A DNA stretch of 64,000 nt from Patescibacteria group bacterium (GCA_038065095.1 JBBTRR010000006.1:84713-148712); one strand, 5' to 3'. Positions 9,916 through 20,747 are shown, counted from the stretch's first letter. The notes: generated by a model from the sequence alone, not told the origin. Translations and numbers: made by a program.

Positions 9916-12699
9916 TCATTTTAGCAAACCTCGTTTGTGCATAAATATCCACTTGCTTAACTCTATCAAAATTAAATTTACAATTCCTGCGCAAATAATA
10001 ACAACCCATTCTAAAAACCCAATGGCTTGCAAACCCAAAAACCTACTTAATGGCGGTAAATAAATAGCTATAATTAAAACCAATAAACTAGCCAACACCG
10101 ATGCTAAAAAATATTTGTTGGCAAAAAACGAAACTTCCCAAAAAGTCTTTTTAAAACTTTTTACAGAAAAAGCCGAGAATATAGCAATCACTCCAAAGCC
10201 AGCAAAAACAATACTGCTAGCATAATTATAACTTTCAAACGAGTACCCAAAAAATAAAAACAGACCCATAAGCATGCCCGTGCTAGTTAGCCCAATTATT
10301 AACACTAAAAATTTAGCAAAGCTATCTAAAATAGATTTTTTGGTTTCTTGAGGTTTAAAGGTCATTATATCTTTCTCCGCCATATCAAGTGAAAGAGCAA
10401 TAAGAGAAGGTAAAACACCAATCAAATTAACCCACAAAATTTGAACAACCGTTATTAATAAAGGTAGTTTAAAAATTAAAGAAAAACTAATCAAAACTAT
10501 TTCTATCAAACTGATACTTAAAAGATAGGCTGTAACTTTTTTAATGTTTTCTAAAACAACTCTACTTTCTTTAATAGCTCTTATTAAAGAAGAGAAACTA
10601 TTTTCTAAAAGAATCACGCTAGAAACTTCTCTAGCTGAATCAGTCCCACTAGCCAAAGATATACCTATACTAGCCTTATAAATAAAAGAGGTATCATTAA
10701 CACCTTCTCCAATAGCTAAAACAGTATTACTCTGACTCTGCCAAGCTTCTACTATTTTATTTTTTTGTTCTGGAATTATCCTACTAAAAATATCTATATC
10801 TTTTACTCTTTGGTTAAAATCTTTAGTATCAATTAAATTAAGATCTTTACCCTCTAAAACTTCTGGATTTTTTTTACTTTTAGAAAAAAAATTAATTTCT
10901 TTAGCCACCAAACGAGCCGTGGCAGTATGGTCTCCTGTTACCATAACCGTTCTTATACCAGCACTATGACATAAAAACACAGAATCTTTTATGTTATTTT
11001 TTATACCATCTTTTAAGCCAATCAAACCCACTAAATTCAATTGAAAAACCGTATTTTGCAAAATTGTTTCCATATCTTTATTTTGTAAAGTATTTTTGTT
11101 CTCAATTTTTTTTGAACACACCGCTAAAACACTGTGTCCGCTACGTGCCAGAGCATCTATTGAATCTTTAATTGTGGCAACTTCAAAAGTACTGATACTT
11201 TCATATCTATTTAACACCTGAATTCTTTTTATATGACTCAATAAAACATCGGCGGCGCCAACAATAATAGCCCAGACTTCACCACTTTCATTCTCTCTAA
11301 AAGATATTCCAAATTTTCTTTGGCTATTAAAATAAACCTGTCCTAATTTTTTAAAACTCTTATTTAATTTTTTAAAATCCAAACCCGCTTTAAGAGCTTC
11401 GCAAACCAAAGCCTTATCTATAGCGCTACCTTTTAATATCCATTCAGTTGGTTCTTTATCTAAGTTTTCTATAACAACTTCGGAAGCTAATAAACCATAA
11501 GATAAAGATAAATTTCTATTAGCCAAATATTCTGGAGTTGAATCCATTTCTAATATTCCACCCCTTTTTTCTGGCGTAAGTATTTTGCTTATGTATATAT
11601 TACCTTCTGTTAATATTCCTGTTTTATCCGTTAAAATAACAGATGTTCTTCCAAGAATTTCTACCGCAGCTAAATTTTTAACTAAGCATCCTTCTTTTAA
11701 AATACGTCTAGCGCCAATAATTAATATAATAGTGACTGCACGGAATAAACTTTCGGGAATAATAGCAATTGCCATAACTACCACTATTAAGAACGTATTT
11801 TTAATATCCCAAACTAAAAAATAAGATAATAAGAAAGCTAGTAAACTAAAAAGAATAACTCCCAAACCTATATACTGATTTAACCTATATACTTTCTTTT
11901 CAAACGGAGTTCGATTTATTATTGTTCTTTTAGATAAATTATTTATTTTGCCTATTTCGGAATTATCCCCTATACCAAAAACTACAGCCTCGCCAGAACC
12001 ATCAATCACTGTTGTGCCAGCAAAAACGATATTGGTTTTTTGAGCTATATTTGTATTAATGGGTAATATATATGATAATTTATCAACTTCTTTAAGCCCA
12101 CAAGTTAATATACTTTCGTTAGTTTTAAGATTAAAACTATTTATAATTCTGGCGTCCGCTGGAATTTTATCCCCAAGTTTAATAAAAATTATATCACCGG
12201 GCACAACGTCGAAAGATGGTAAAAAAACATAATTTCCATCTCGCAACACTAAAGAGTTTTGAGTTTCTGATTTCTTTAAACTTTCCAAGATTTTTCTAAC
12301 ACTATATTCTTTAAAAAAACCTACTAAGCCACTAATAAAAGCAACTATTAAAATAACAATTGAATCTTTTTCATTATTCAAATAAAAAGTTACCCCAGCA
12401 CAAAAGATAAGGATTAGTACAAACGGGCTTACCAACTGACGTAAAAAAATCTGCCATAAAAACTTTGTTTTTTTATAACTAATTTTATTTAAACCAACTT
12501 TCTGCAATCTTTTTTCCGCTTCAACCGTGGACATCCCATCTCTTTTAGAATTTAGACGCAAAAAAACATCACCCAAAGGCAAGCTATGCCAAGGGATTTC
12601 TGTTAATAAAGATTGTTTTTTAGCGTTGTTATATGGTGGCATCATTATGATACTAGCACACCAAATATAACAAAAGATGTGGAATAAATGTGGTCCCAA
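9916..12699 (-). CDS. Cation-transporting P-type ATPase (P2-type, Ca/Mg-like)
   Basis: DKTGILTEG phosphorylation motif, MVTGDHTATA, GEGVNDT hinge variant, 10 predicted TM; true start probably an internal Met since the ORF 5' end overlaps tRNA-Glu. Confidence 0.8.
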   Translation of the reverse strand: MGPHLFHIFCYIWCASIIMMPPYNNAKKQSLLTEIPWHSLPLGDVFLRLNSKRDGMSTVEAEKRLQKVGLNKISYKKTKFLWQIFLRQLVSPFVLILIFCAGVTFYLNNEKDSIVILIVAFISGLVGFFKEYSVRKILESLKKSETQNSLVLRDGNYVFLPSFDVVPGDIIFIKLGDKIPADARIINSFNLKTNESILTCGLKEVDKLSYILPINTNIAQKTNIVFAGTTVIDGSGEAVVFGIGDNSEIGKINNLSKRTIINRTPFEKKVYRLNQYIGLGVILFSLLAFLLSYFLVWDIKNTFLIVVVMAIAIIPESLFRAVTIILIIGARRILKEGCLVKNLAAVEILGRTSVILTDKTGILTEGNIYISKILTPEKRGGILEMDSTPEYLANRNLSLSYGLLASEVVIENLDKEPTEWILKGSAIDKALVCEALKAGLDFKKLNKSFKKLGQVYFNSQRKFGISFRENESGEVWAIIVGAADVLLSHIKRIQVLNRYESISTFEVATIKDSIDALARSGHSVLAVCSKKIENKNTLQNKDMETILQNTVFQLNLVGLIGLKDGIKNNIKDSVFLCHSAGIRTVMVTGDHTATARLVAKEINFFSKSKKNPEVLEGKDLNLIDTKDFNQRVKDIDIFSRIIPEQKNKIVEAWQSQSNTVLAIGEGVNDTSFIYKASIGISLASGTDSAREVSSVILLENSFSSLIRAIKESRVVLENIKKVTAYLLSISLIEIVLISFSLIFKLPLLITVVQILWVNLIGVLPSLIALSLDMAEKDIMTFKPQETKKSILDSFAKFLVLIIGLTSTGMLMGLFLFFGYSFESYNYASSIVFAGFGVIAIFSAFSVKSFKKTFWEVSFFANKYFLASVLASLLVLIIAIYLPPLSRFLGLQAIGFLEWVVIICAGIVNLILIELSKWIFMHKRGLLK

Positions 12700-12765
12700 C
12701 GAGATTCGAACTCGTGTTTTCGCCGTGAGAGGGCGACGTCCTAAACCAGGCTAGACGATAGGACC
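12691..12765 (-). tRNA. tRNA-Glu (anticodon CTC)
   Basis: Reverse complement GGTCCTATCGTCTAGCCTGGTTTAGGACGTCGCCCTCTCACGGCGAAAACACGAGTTCGAATCTCGTTGGGACCA folds as cloverleaf with anticodon loop cTCTCAc. Confidence 0.8.
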
Positions 12766-12769
12766 TTAA

Positions 12770-12924
12770 AAATTTCTAATTTCCAATATCTAATTTCTAA
12801 ATAAATTCTAAATAATTTTTAAATTACAATCTTCCAAAAGATCAAAAGCTATTTAAAGCATAGTGATTTGAGATTTGTTTAGAGTTTAGTGCTTAGGATT
12901 TAGAGTTTGATTAGTAATTGGTAA
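12770..12924. repeat. TCTAAT/ATTAGA-rich repeat array (intergenic)
   Basis: Runs of tctaat / attaga units; same unit type at 9829-9915 and 17391-17504. Confidence 0.5.
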
Positions 12925-14187
12925 TTAGGTATTAGATATTGCTTCTACTATCTGCTCCATCTTAACCGAACGAGAACCTTTTATCAACACAACATCACCT
13001 TCCTGTAAAACTTTTTGGACTGCCTTATATGCTTCTTCCGAGGTTCTAAACCAGAACAAATTTTCGCCTAGCTTCTTTTTTTGTTTTTCGGCTTCTTCTT
13101 TGGCAAAAACCATTTCTTCGCCTACCAAAAATAAAACCTTAGCAACCTTAGAAGCGTCCTTACCAATCAAGCGATGAGCTTCTTCTGTATTAACGCCAAG
13201 TTCTTTCATACTACCCAAAACCGCAATCCACCTATTATTTTTAAATTTAGATAAAAGTTCTAAGGCCGCTTCACAAGCCACAGGCGAAGAATTGTAAGAA
13301 TCATCTATTACAATACTATTTTTAATTCCACCTAAAATTTGTAATCTATGTTCCGGCGATTTAAATTTTTCTAACGCTTTAGCCATATTTTTTAAAGATA
13401 TTTTAAAGACTCGTCCAACTGCTACAGCAGCCAACATAGCATAAAGAGTCGGTAATCCAATTGTTTTTAAAACCTTAAAATCTTCTATTTTACCTGAATC
13501 TCTATCTTCTATTTTAAACTCCATGCCAGAATCTTTAATTTCTGCTGGTTTTGTTGGAATATTATAAGAAAAACTGGAAAGTTGTATTTCCGCACCGGCT
13601 TGAAAACCATAATATAATCTTTGTCTGCCAGATGGCACCCGATCTCTTAACTCACGAACCGACATATCGTCGTAATTTAAAATAGCTAAGCCATTTGGTT
13701 TTAAACTTTTTAAAATATTAACCTTTTCACTTATATATTCGTCGCGTTCTAGAAAAAATTCTAAATGCACCGGCATTTCACCTATGGCGGTAACCACCGC
13801 TATATCGGAATTAATAAAAGAAGTTAAATAAGCAATATCGCCAGGCTTATCGGCAGCCATTTCTAAAATTAAAATCTCTGGATATTTATTATCTTTAGAA
13901 AAAATCAATTTTAAAGCGCCATATAAATTTTTTGCCCATAAGTAAACATTTTTTTGGGCATCTACACCACCAATTATTGTTAAGGGCACGCCTATTTCTG
14001 TATTTAAATTTTTTTCGTTGGCTCTAACTTTATTAGGGAAAGAATAATTTAAAACAGTTTTTATTGCCTCTTTAGCTGAAGACTTGCCAACCGAACCAGT
14101 AATAGCAATTACTTTGGGTTTATACTTGGCTAAGATAGCGATACTTAGTATACGAAGAATATATTGAATAATTTTGCGTTGAGACAT
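12925..14187 (-). CDS. murF: Mur ligase family protein, probably UDP-MurNAc-tripeptide--D-Ala-D-Ala ligase MurF
   Basis: 420 aa; ATP-binding GSVGKSS loop, Mur ligase middle/C domains; dcw cluster context. Confidence 0.6.
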   Translation of the reverse strand: MSQRKIIQYILRILSIAILAKYKPKVIAITGSVGKSSAKEAIKTVLNYSFPNKVRANEKNLNTEIGVPLTIIGGVDAQKNVYLWAKNLYGALKLIFSKDNKYPEILILEMAADKPGDIAYLTSFINSDIAVVTAIGEMPVHLEFFLERDEYISEKVNILKSLKPNGLAILNYDDMSVRELRDRVPSGRQRLYYGFQAGAEIQLSSFSYNIPTKPAEIKDSGMEFKIEDRDSGKIEDFKVLKTIGLPTLYAMLAAVAVGRVFKISLKNMAKALEKFKSPEHRLQILGGIKNSIVIDDSYNSSPVACEAALELLSKFKNNRWIAVLGSMKELGVNTEEAHRLIGKDASKVAKVLFLVGEEMVFAKEEAEKQKKKLGENLFWFRTSEEAYKAVQKVLQEGDVVLIKGSRSVKMEQIVEAISNT

Positions 14188-14258
14188 AAATAAAAAATAA
14201 AAGTGTGAAAATTAAAATGACAGATTAAAATTTAAAATTAAATTTTAATATTTAATAT

Positions 14259-16013
14259 TTAATTTTTGATATTGTTTTGTAAGGCTTCATCTGGTATCAC
14301 GTTTAAATAATGTAAAATATATTCCCCTACATTTTTAAACACAGGTGCGGCAGTGGATTCCGAAAACCTTGCTCCTTGAGGATTATCTAGCCTAATTAAC
14401 ATAACAAAAGCGGGATTATAAGCTGGGCTATAGCCTATGAACGTATGTATGGTTTTATCGCCGTAGCCTGCCGCGTTTGATGCAGATACCTGCGCTGTGC
14501 CTGTTTTACCAGCCACTGAATACCCAGGAATTCTAGCATATTTTCCACTGCCGTTTTCCACCACCCCCACTAACATCTTAGTTAAAGTTTCACTGGTTGA
14601 TTGTTTAATAACACGATGTCTTACTTCTTTTTTGTTTTCTAGAACCAATTTATTTTCACCAGTAGAATTATCTATTATTTTTTCTACAATATATGGCTTT
14701 AAAAGTTCACCACCATTAGCAATAGCAGCAATAGCCGTGGTCATAGCAATGGGAGTTACCGAAATACCTTGTCCAAACGAAGAAGTTAACCAATCAATCT
14801 CTACTCCGCTTTTTAAATTTCTAATATCTCCCCTAGCTTCACCCGACAACGTTATGCCAGTCTTTTCAGAAAAACCAAAATTATTAATATATTCACGCCA
14901 AACGCCTTGCGGTATCCGCCGTAAAACAAAAATAACACCAGTATTTAAAGATTTTTCTAAAACCTGTGCCATATTTTGTTCGCCCCAAGATTGAAGCGTA
15001 GAATTTCTTATGGTAAAACCATCCACATTAACTTCGCCCGAATCGTAATATTTAAGATCCGGCGAAACTACATTTATATCTAAAGCCGAAGCCATAGTTA
15101 TTGGCTTAAAAATAGAACCGGGTTCAAAAACAAGTTGTATGTTTGAATTTAAAAATTGCGAAACATTCTTAACTTCGTTATATTTATTTGGGTCAAAATT
15201 AGGTAGCGCTGTCATAGCTAGTATTGCGCCAGTTTTAGGATCCATAACAATACCACTAGCGCCTTCTGCGGAAAATTTTTCTAACGCAATTTTTAATTCT
15301 TTTTCTAATGTTCGTTGAATATTATAATCTATTGTTAAATACACATCGTTACCATTTATGGCTTTAGTAACTTGTGAAAGCGATAGCACTAAAGACCCTA
15401 AAGCTTTTTTAACTCCAGCCACATAGCCTAATTCGCCTTTTAATTCTTTATCAAAATAACCTTCCAAACCATATTGACCAGATCTAGACCCATCGCTTGA
15501 AACTGTCTTGGTAACAAAACCAATTGTTCTAGAAGCTAGATCGTTTAAAGGATAATACCTATCTTGAAAAGCTTTCCAATGAACACCTTTAAAACCTAGT
15601 GCTTTAATTTCTAAAATAGAATCTTTTTCAACCTTATCTTTTATTGGTTCGTAAGGATCATTTTCCTTATTAATTCTTTCTAGAATTATTTCTTTGTCCA
15701 CCTTTAAAAGTTCTGCTAACTTATTTGCAACTTCTTCTCTTTGTTCTAATGGAATATCCTTAGGGGCAACCCAAACATTATACCAAGTGCTAGTTAAAGC
15801 TACTGGTATAATGTTTTCCGAATTTTTTAAATAAATACTTCCCCTTTCTGGTAAAACCACATCTGCAATTCTTTGTTGCTGTCTAGCAGCTTCTTGATAA
15901 TCGGAACCTTTAAAAATTTGTAAATAAAAAAGCCGGCCTAGGGCCGATAAAAATAAAAAAATAAACAACGCCTCAATGAACAAAACTCGCTTCCTGTTTA
16001 TACTTCCTCCCAT
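14259..16013 (-). CDS. ftsI: Penicillin-binding protein 2 / FtsI-type transpeptidase
   Basis: 584 aa; N-terminal TM, SxxK (SIFKP), KTGTA motifs; dcw cluster. Confidence 0.8.
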   Translation of the reverse strand: MGGSINRKRVLFIEALFIFLFLSALGRLFYLQIFKGSDYQEAARQQQRIADVVLPERGSIYLKNSENIIPVALTSTWYNVWVAPKDIPLEQREEVANKLAELLKVDKEIILERINKENDPYEPIKDKVEKDSILEIKALGFKGVHWKAFQDRYYPLNDLASRTIGFVTKTVSSDGSRSGQYGLEGYFDKELKGELGYVAGVKKALGSLVLSLSQVTKAINGNDVYLTIDYNIQRTLEKELKIALEKFSAEGASGIVMDPKTGAILAMTALPNFDPNKYNEVKNVSQFLNSNIQLVFEPGSIFKPITMASALDINVVSPDLKYYDSGEVNVDGFTIRNSTLQSWGEQNMAQVLEKSLNTGVIFVLRRIPQGVWREYINNFGFSEKTGITLSGEARGDIRNLKSGVEIDWLTSSFGQGISVTPIAMTTAIAAIANGGELLKPYIVEKIIDNSTGENKLVLENKKEVRHRVIKQSTSETLTKMLVGVVENGSGKYARIPGYSVAGKTGTAQVSASNAAGYGDKTIHTFIGYSPAYNPAFVMLIRLDNPQGARFSESTAAPVFKNVGEYILHYLNVIPDEALQNNIKN

Positions 16014-16032
16014 TATATTCCTAAACTAACTT

Positions 16033-16353
16033 TTAATGCTTGATTTCGGCCAAAGATACAACAGCAGAAACTGCCTTATTAGAACGTATATCTATATAGC
16101 CGTTAGCCAAACTTATTTCCACCAATTTTAACCCAACAGCCGAAGCAGATAAAGCCTCAACCCCCTCGGTTTGGGCTAATTTCGTTAAAAGATTCCCATA
16201 CACTTCTTTAGCCTCTAATTGACGACGTGATAATTCGTCAATTTTAAAATCTAAAGAAGTAGCCAGGCCCGAAAATAAAATATAAACTACCAAAAATAAA
16301 AACAAAAAACCAGTTAAAATAACTTCTAGTTTGTTTATTAAAATATTTTTCAT
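16033..16353 (-). CDS. ftsL: Cell division protein FtsL-like (small bitopic)
   Basis: 106 aa, single N-terminal TM + coiled coil, located between rsmH and ftsI. Confidence 0.5.
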   Translation of the reverse strand: MKNILINKLEVILTGFLFLFLVVYILFSGLATSLDFKIDELSRRQLEAKEVYGNLLTKLAQTEGVEALSASAVGLKLVEISLANGYIDIRSNKAVSAVVSLAEIKH

Positions 16354-17390
16354 TTCTTTTTAATTGCTCTTAACTTCGCACTTCTTGATCTGGTATTTGC
16401 TGTTACTTCTTCTTCCGTAGCTATAACCGGTTTTTTTGTTAAAACAACTCCTTCGTTTAATTCTTTTTTCTCGTTAAAAAAGTTTTTTACTATTCTGTCC
16501 TCTAACGAATGAAACGATATAACAACTAAGCGCCCATTCGGCTTTAATATTTTCCAAGCACCTTCTAGCCCCTTTTTTATATTTTCTAATTCGTTATTAA
16601 CTGCAATTCGTAATGCTTGAAAAATTCTAGAATAGGTTTTAACTCTGTATCCCAAAACAACACCATCTATGACCATAACAAGCTCCTTGGTAGTTAAAAT
16701 CCTTCTGTGCTTTCTTGCTTCTGTAATGGCTTTCGCAATTTTTCTAGAATCCCTTTCCTCACCAAATTCTTTAAAAATTCTTTCCAGTTCATTTTCCGAC
16801 CAACCATTGACTATATCCGCGGCCGTTGTCCCACCTATCGAAGTCTCACTTCGATAGGAATAACGCATATCCAACGGTTCGTCTTTTGTATAAGAAAAAC
16901 CTCGGCCAGATTCATCTATATGAAAAGATCTAAACCCAAAATCAAACAACACACCATCAACACCATCCGGAAAATATTGTTTAGAAAAATTTTCTATTTC
17001 GGCAAAATTTTCATTTTCTAAAAACAATCTACCCTGAAAATCTTTTGAAAGACTTGCCCTGAGTTTATCGAAGGGTTCAGGCTCGATGCCAGACCAGCTA
17101 AGCCCCACTTCGCTCGAAGAACTACGAGGGACAAGCGGTTCGGACGCTTTTAAATACGCCGATCCGGTATCGAGTCTAAACCCTAAACTTGCCCTGAGCG
17201 ACTTGTCCCGAGCTTGATCGAGGGAAGTCGAAGGGTCTAAATCTATACCTAACAACCTACCTTCTGGCGATGTTAATTTTAAAATCTCTTGGGCATGCCC
17301 ACCCTCACCAAAAGTTGCATCTATAAAATCTTCATCTGGTTGCGGATTAAGATATTCAATAACTTCTTTTAAAAGGACTGGAATATGCAT
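16350..17390 (-). CDS. rsmH: 16S rRNA (cytosine1402-N4)-methyltransferase RsmH (MraW), with ~50-aa in-frame insertion
   Basis: 346 aa; MHIPVLLKEVIEYL..., SAM-binding motifs; internal segment LRASLGFRLDTGSAYLKASEPLVPRSSSSEVGLSWSGIEPEPFDKLRASLS encoded by short GC-rich repeats at 17036-17240. Confidence 0.8.
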   Translation of the reverse strand: MHIPVLLKEVIEYLNPQPDEDFIDATFGEGGHAQEILKLTSPEGRLLGIDLDPSTSLDQARDKSLRASLGFRLDTGSAYLKASEPLVPRSSSSEVGLSWSGIEPEPFDKLRASLSKDFQGRLFLENENFAEIENFSKQYFPDGVDGVLFDFGFRSFHIDESGRGFSYTKDEPLDMRYSYRSETSIGGTTAADIVNGWSENELERIFKEFGEERDSRKIAKAITEARKHRRILTTKELVMVIDGVVLGYRVKTYSRIFQALRIAVNNELENIKKGLEGAWKILKPNGRLVVISFHSLEDRIVKNFFNEKKELNEGVVLTKKPVIATEEEVTANTRSRSAKLRAIKKK

Positions 17391-17504
17391 ACCAATTTCT
17401 AAAATCTAATTTCTAATCAAATCCCAATGTCTAATGATTAAGTTTGAAATTAGATATTTAAAATTAGTCATTGATTAGATATTAGTAATTAGACATTAGT
17501 TATT
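17391..17504. repeat. TCTAAT/ATTAGA-rich inverted-repeat array
   Basis: caatgtctaatgattaag ... taattagacattagttatt inverted copies. Confidence 0.5.
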
Positions 17505-17960
17505 CTAGTAGATTCCCAACTCTCCCAACTTCTCTGCTATCTCTGGTGTCGCCTTTTCTGAATTCTTTTTATATTCATTCCAATTCTCCTCGTCCCAAAT
17601 TTCCAACCTATTAAACAAACCCGCTATAACTACATTCTTTTTTAAACTAGCAAAATCTTTTAAATAATCTGGAATCAAAACTCTCCCCAAAGAATCAATT
17701 TCAACATCGGTGGCGCCTGCCAACATCGTTCTTACAAAACTTCTGGTACCAGCTTGCCCTACTGGTAATTTTGAAAGCTTACTAGCAAGTTCTTCCCATT
17801 CTTTCATAGGATATAAAACCAAAGAATTATCCAAACTCTTTGTTAACACCGCCACCTCGCCAATCTTTTTCCTAAACTTAGCTGGCACCGCTAATCTTCT
17901 TTTGGCATCAATTGTATGGCGATATTCTCCGATGAACATGACGAGTTTTTGTTTATCCAC
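17505..17960 (-). CDS. mraZ: Transcriptional regulator MraZ
   Basis: 151 aa; tandem MraZ/SpoVT-AbrB repeats (DAKRRLAVP), first gene of dcw cluster. Confidence 0.85.
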   Translation of the reverse strand: MDKQKLVMFIGEYRHTIDAKRRLAVPAKFRKKIGEVAVLTKSLDNSLVLYPMKEWEELASKLSKLPVGQAGTRSFVRTMLAGATDVEIDSLGRVLIPDYLKDFASLKKNVVIAGLFNRLEIWDEENWNEYKKNSEKATPEIAEKLGELGIY

Positions 17961-18163
17961 TGTTTAGCTTACTTGTACACACTATTATCCACAATCTCCC
18001 ACTTCGTTAACCCTGTACTCCACATTTTAAACTTTAATTTACACGAACACAACAAGCACCTATTTATCCACAAAGTGGGAAACTAAAAACTCGCGCATAG
18101 AATGCGCGAGTTTTTATCCCTTTTCTTTCCCTTTTTAACCCCCTTAATCCCTTTTGTCTCCTG

Positions 18164-18234
18164 TGGACCTGGGGAGAATCGGACTCCCATCTGCCGGATG
18201 CAAACCGGCTGCTCTACCACTAAGCTACAGGCCC
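18164..18234 (-). tRNA. tRNA-Ala (anticodon TGC)
   Basis: GGGCCTGTAGCTTAGTGGTAGAGCAGCCGGTTTGCATCCGGCAGATGGGAGTCCGATTCTCCCCAGGTCCA; G3:U70 Ala identity pair present. Confidence 0.8.
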
Positions 18235-18277
18235 AATAGGCCTTAGCTTAGCATATTTACAAAATTTCTCAATTACT

Positions 18278-20683
18278 TTACTTACTAGGAACCCCTTTTG
18301 TCTCCTGTGCTTTAAGAGAACTTGGCGGGGTAGCTGGCTGTGGTGGCACGCCTAGTGCTGGCAAACCCTGTTCTAAATTCGCAATTATTTGAGCAATCAA
18401 TTTGTTATCCGGATTGGTGGACTTTAATATCTTAAAGTTTTCTAACGCTTCTTTTTTGGCGCCTGCCTTATCTTGTATCAAAGCCAAAAAATATCTGGCA
18501 TTAGCATAATTCGGATTCAACTTTAGTGCTTCTTCCAAAACCCCATTTGATTTAGCAACTAAATCTTTATCGGCCACAGCTTGCTGATTAAATAAACTAG
18601 ATTTAATCAAATACAACTGGCCTAATTGAGTTTTTATAAACGGATTGATTGGTTCTAACACCATAGCCTTCTCGTAACTTTGAATAGCTAAGTCTTCCGA
18701 ACCCTGCACTAATGGCACTAGGTTCCTGTAAGATTCACCCGCCTCTACCATTATATCTACATTATTAGAATCTAATCTGCCGGCTTGTTGAACCGCATTT
18801 ATTGTTCTTACGGTTAAGTTTTGAATCAGTGTTGATTCCTCTGCTTTGGGTTGTCGCTCTTGACCCGTGCGAGCATTAATTTCTGCAAAAACATCGTTTA
18901 ACTTTTGAAACAAAACTTGCGAAAGCACTCTAAAATATCTTACTTCGTACGGATTATCTATTATAGATGAATACACGCCATTTAAAACCTCATCTCTTTT
19001 TTCTGCCCCGAACGGAGTCGAGGGGTTACCATCATCTTTATTGGCTGACGCATTTGATAACATTACTGTTTTAGCAAAATTATTTTCTGCCAGCCATCTT
19101 CGTACAGAAAAATATAGCCCACCCAAAGTTGCCGTAAGCAAAACCAGCAAAACAAAAAATATAGCCAATGTTTTAGCCGAACCCTGCTGAAACCTGTAGC
19201 TCCACCCCATTTCTCCCGTTTCATCCCTTTTCGTCCCATTTAGAATAATTAATACTGGCAAAAACCAAAACATAAATTCTAGTGGTAAAGAGGTTGTATA
19301 AAAAAACTTAGTTGTAAGAATAAAAACCCAGCTGGCTAGTAAGCCAGTTTCGACTTCTGATGTCGTAACTCTCCGAAACGCATAACCCAAAAAGGTTAAA
19401 ATAAACACGAGAAGTGCTAATGTTCCAAAAAATCCTGTAGTAGTAGCCCAAGTAATTATTTCCGAAACAGAATCACTAAAGTTCACGCCCCAATAATTTG
19501 TTTGATTAAGCGAGGCATCCTTAAACTTGGCGTAAACATAAGGATAGGTTTCTAAACCCGAACCGAACACAGGTTTCTCTTTCAAATTTTTTGCCAAAAT
19601 ATCAAAGCTAGCCGAATACGAAGGATTTATTTCGCTAGGCAAATTTAAATCTTTAATTTGAGGTGCTGATATAAGCCACATCAAAACAGAAAATATAACT
19701 ACGCCCAAAGGTAGCAAAACTTTTTGTTGATAAGAACCCACCATTTCCCCCATTTGTTCCCCTTTCTTGAATCCCATAAGAATTAAAAACAAAGCCGAAG
19801 CAATCAAACCAATCCAGCCTACTCTGAAATCAACTATTATAGATACAACTAATTGAGAAACTAGAACCAAAGCCAAAGCAACTTTAATTTTTTTATCTAT
19901 TCGGCTTTGGATCAAGCACCATAGTAATGGCGAAACCGAAAGCACAAATAAGGCAAGAGCAAACGGGCTACCAACAGTGTTAAATAATCTTGATTTATAT
20001 ATATCCATCGGCAAAATATATACGCCAAAAAATTGTAGTAAAGCAAAAAATCCTGCCAAAAAAGAACTGGTTACCCATAAAATAACTGCAATATTAACAT
20101 CTTTCTTATTAAAATTTTGAAAAGCCACCAAGGCTATAGCTAGGTATGAAAGTATAGAAAGACCAGCCGAAGAATATCTGCCGGCATCGCCCAAAAAACT
20201 AACCCAAAAAGAACTAGAAAAAACAGAACCAAAAACAGCAGTTAGGATTACAAGCACCAACGGCCACAGAATAATATTTTTACGCCAAGATAATTTTCCG
20301 GAAGCCACTGTCTTACCAACCCACGAAACCAAACCAACCAAAGCCAAAGTAGAAAGTAAAAATTGCTTTGGCAAATTCAAAATATCGGAAGAACTGAAAA
20401 ACAAAAGCGGAGTTAAAAATATAGATGCATACACAGCTATTTTAGATAAAAAATCAAAAAACATTTCACCGCCACTTTTTTTGCCATCCCAAGGCTGGTC
20501 AGCCATGGGCTGATGAGGATTGGCTTCTATCATAGGTAGTGGGGAGACAGGCGGAAAGCTATACCCCATTTCCCCCTTTCTTCCCATTAACCCCTTTTCT
20601 TCTACTGGCGCAGAGACCTGCGCAAGCATAGCTTGCGCCTTTTTTTCTTCTAATTCTTTTAGTATATTTGGTGGAATTTCCAT
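18278..20683 (-). CDS. Polytopic membrane protein with O-antigen ligase (Wzy_C)-like core and C-terminal TPR repeats
   Basis: 801 aa; more than 10 TM helices, TPR-like C-terminal (YEKAMVLEPINPFIKTQLGQLYL, ALKLNPNYANARYFLALI). Confidence 0.6.
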   Translation of the reverse strand: MEIPPNILKELEEKKAQAMLAQVSAPVEEKGLMGRKGEMGYSFPPVSPLPMIEANPHQPMADQPWDGKKSGGEMFFDFLSKIAVYASIFLTPLLFFSSSDILNLPKQFLLSTLALVGLVSWVGKTVASGKLSWRKNIILWPLVLVILTAVFGSVFSSSFWVSFLGDAGRYSSAGLSILSYLAIALVAFQNFNKKDVNIAVILWVTSSFLAGFFALLQFFGVYILPMDIYKSRLFNTVGSPFALALFVLSVSPLLWCLIQSRIDKKIKVALALVLVSQLVVSIIVDFRVGWIGLIASALFLILMGFKKGEQMGEMVGSYQQKVLLPLGVVIFSVLMWLISAPQIKDLNLPSEINPSYSASFDILAKNLKEKPVFGSGLETYPYVYAKFKDASLNQTNYWGVNFSDSVSEIITWATTTGFFGTLALLVFILTFLGYAFRRVTTSEVETGLLASWVFILTTKFFYTTSLPLEFMFWFLPVLIILNGTKRDETGEMGWSYRFQQGSAKTLAIFFVLLVLLTATLGGLYFSVRRWLAENNFAKTVMLSNASANKDDGNPSTPFGAEKRDEVLNGVYSSIIDNPYEVRYFRVLSQVLFQKLNDVFAEINARTGQERQPKAEESTLIQNLTVRTINAVQQAGRLDSNNVDIMVEAGESYRNLVPLVQGSEDLAIQSYEKAMVLEPINPFIKTQLGQLYLIKSSLFNQQAVADKDLVAKSNGVLEEALKLNPNYANARYFLALIQDKAGAKKEALENFKILKSTNPDNKLIAQIIANLEQGLPALGVPPQPATPPSSLKAQETKGVPSK

Positions 20684-20747
20684 TGTTTTTTATTAAAATA
20701 GTTTAAATTTTACTTAATTATAGTATATCTTTACTTAATTATAGTAT

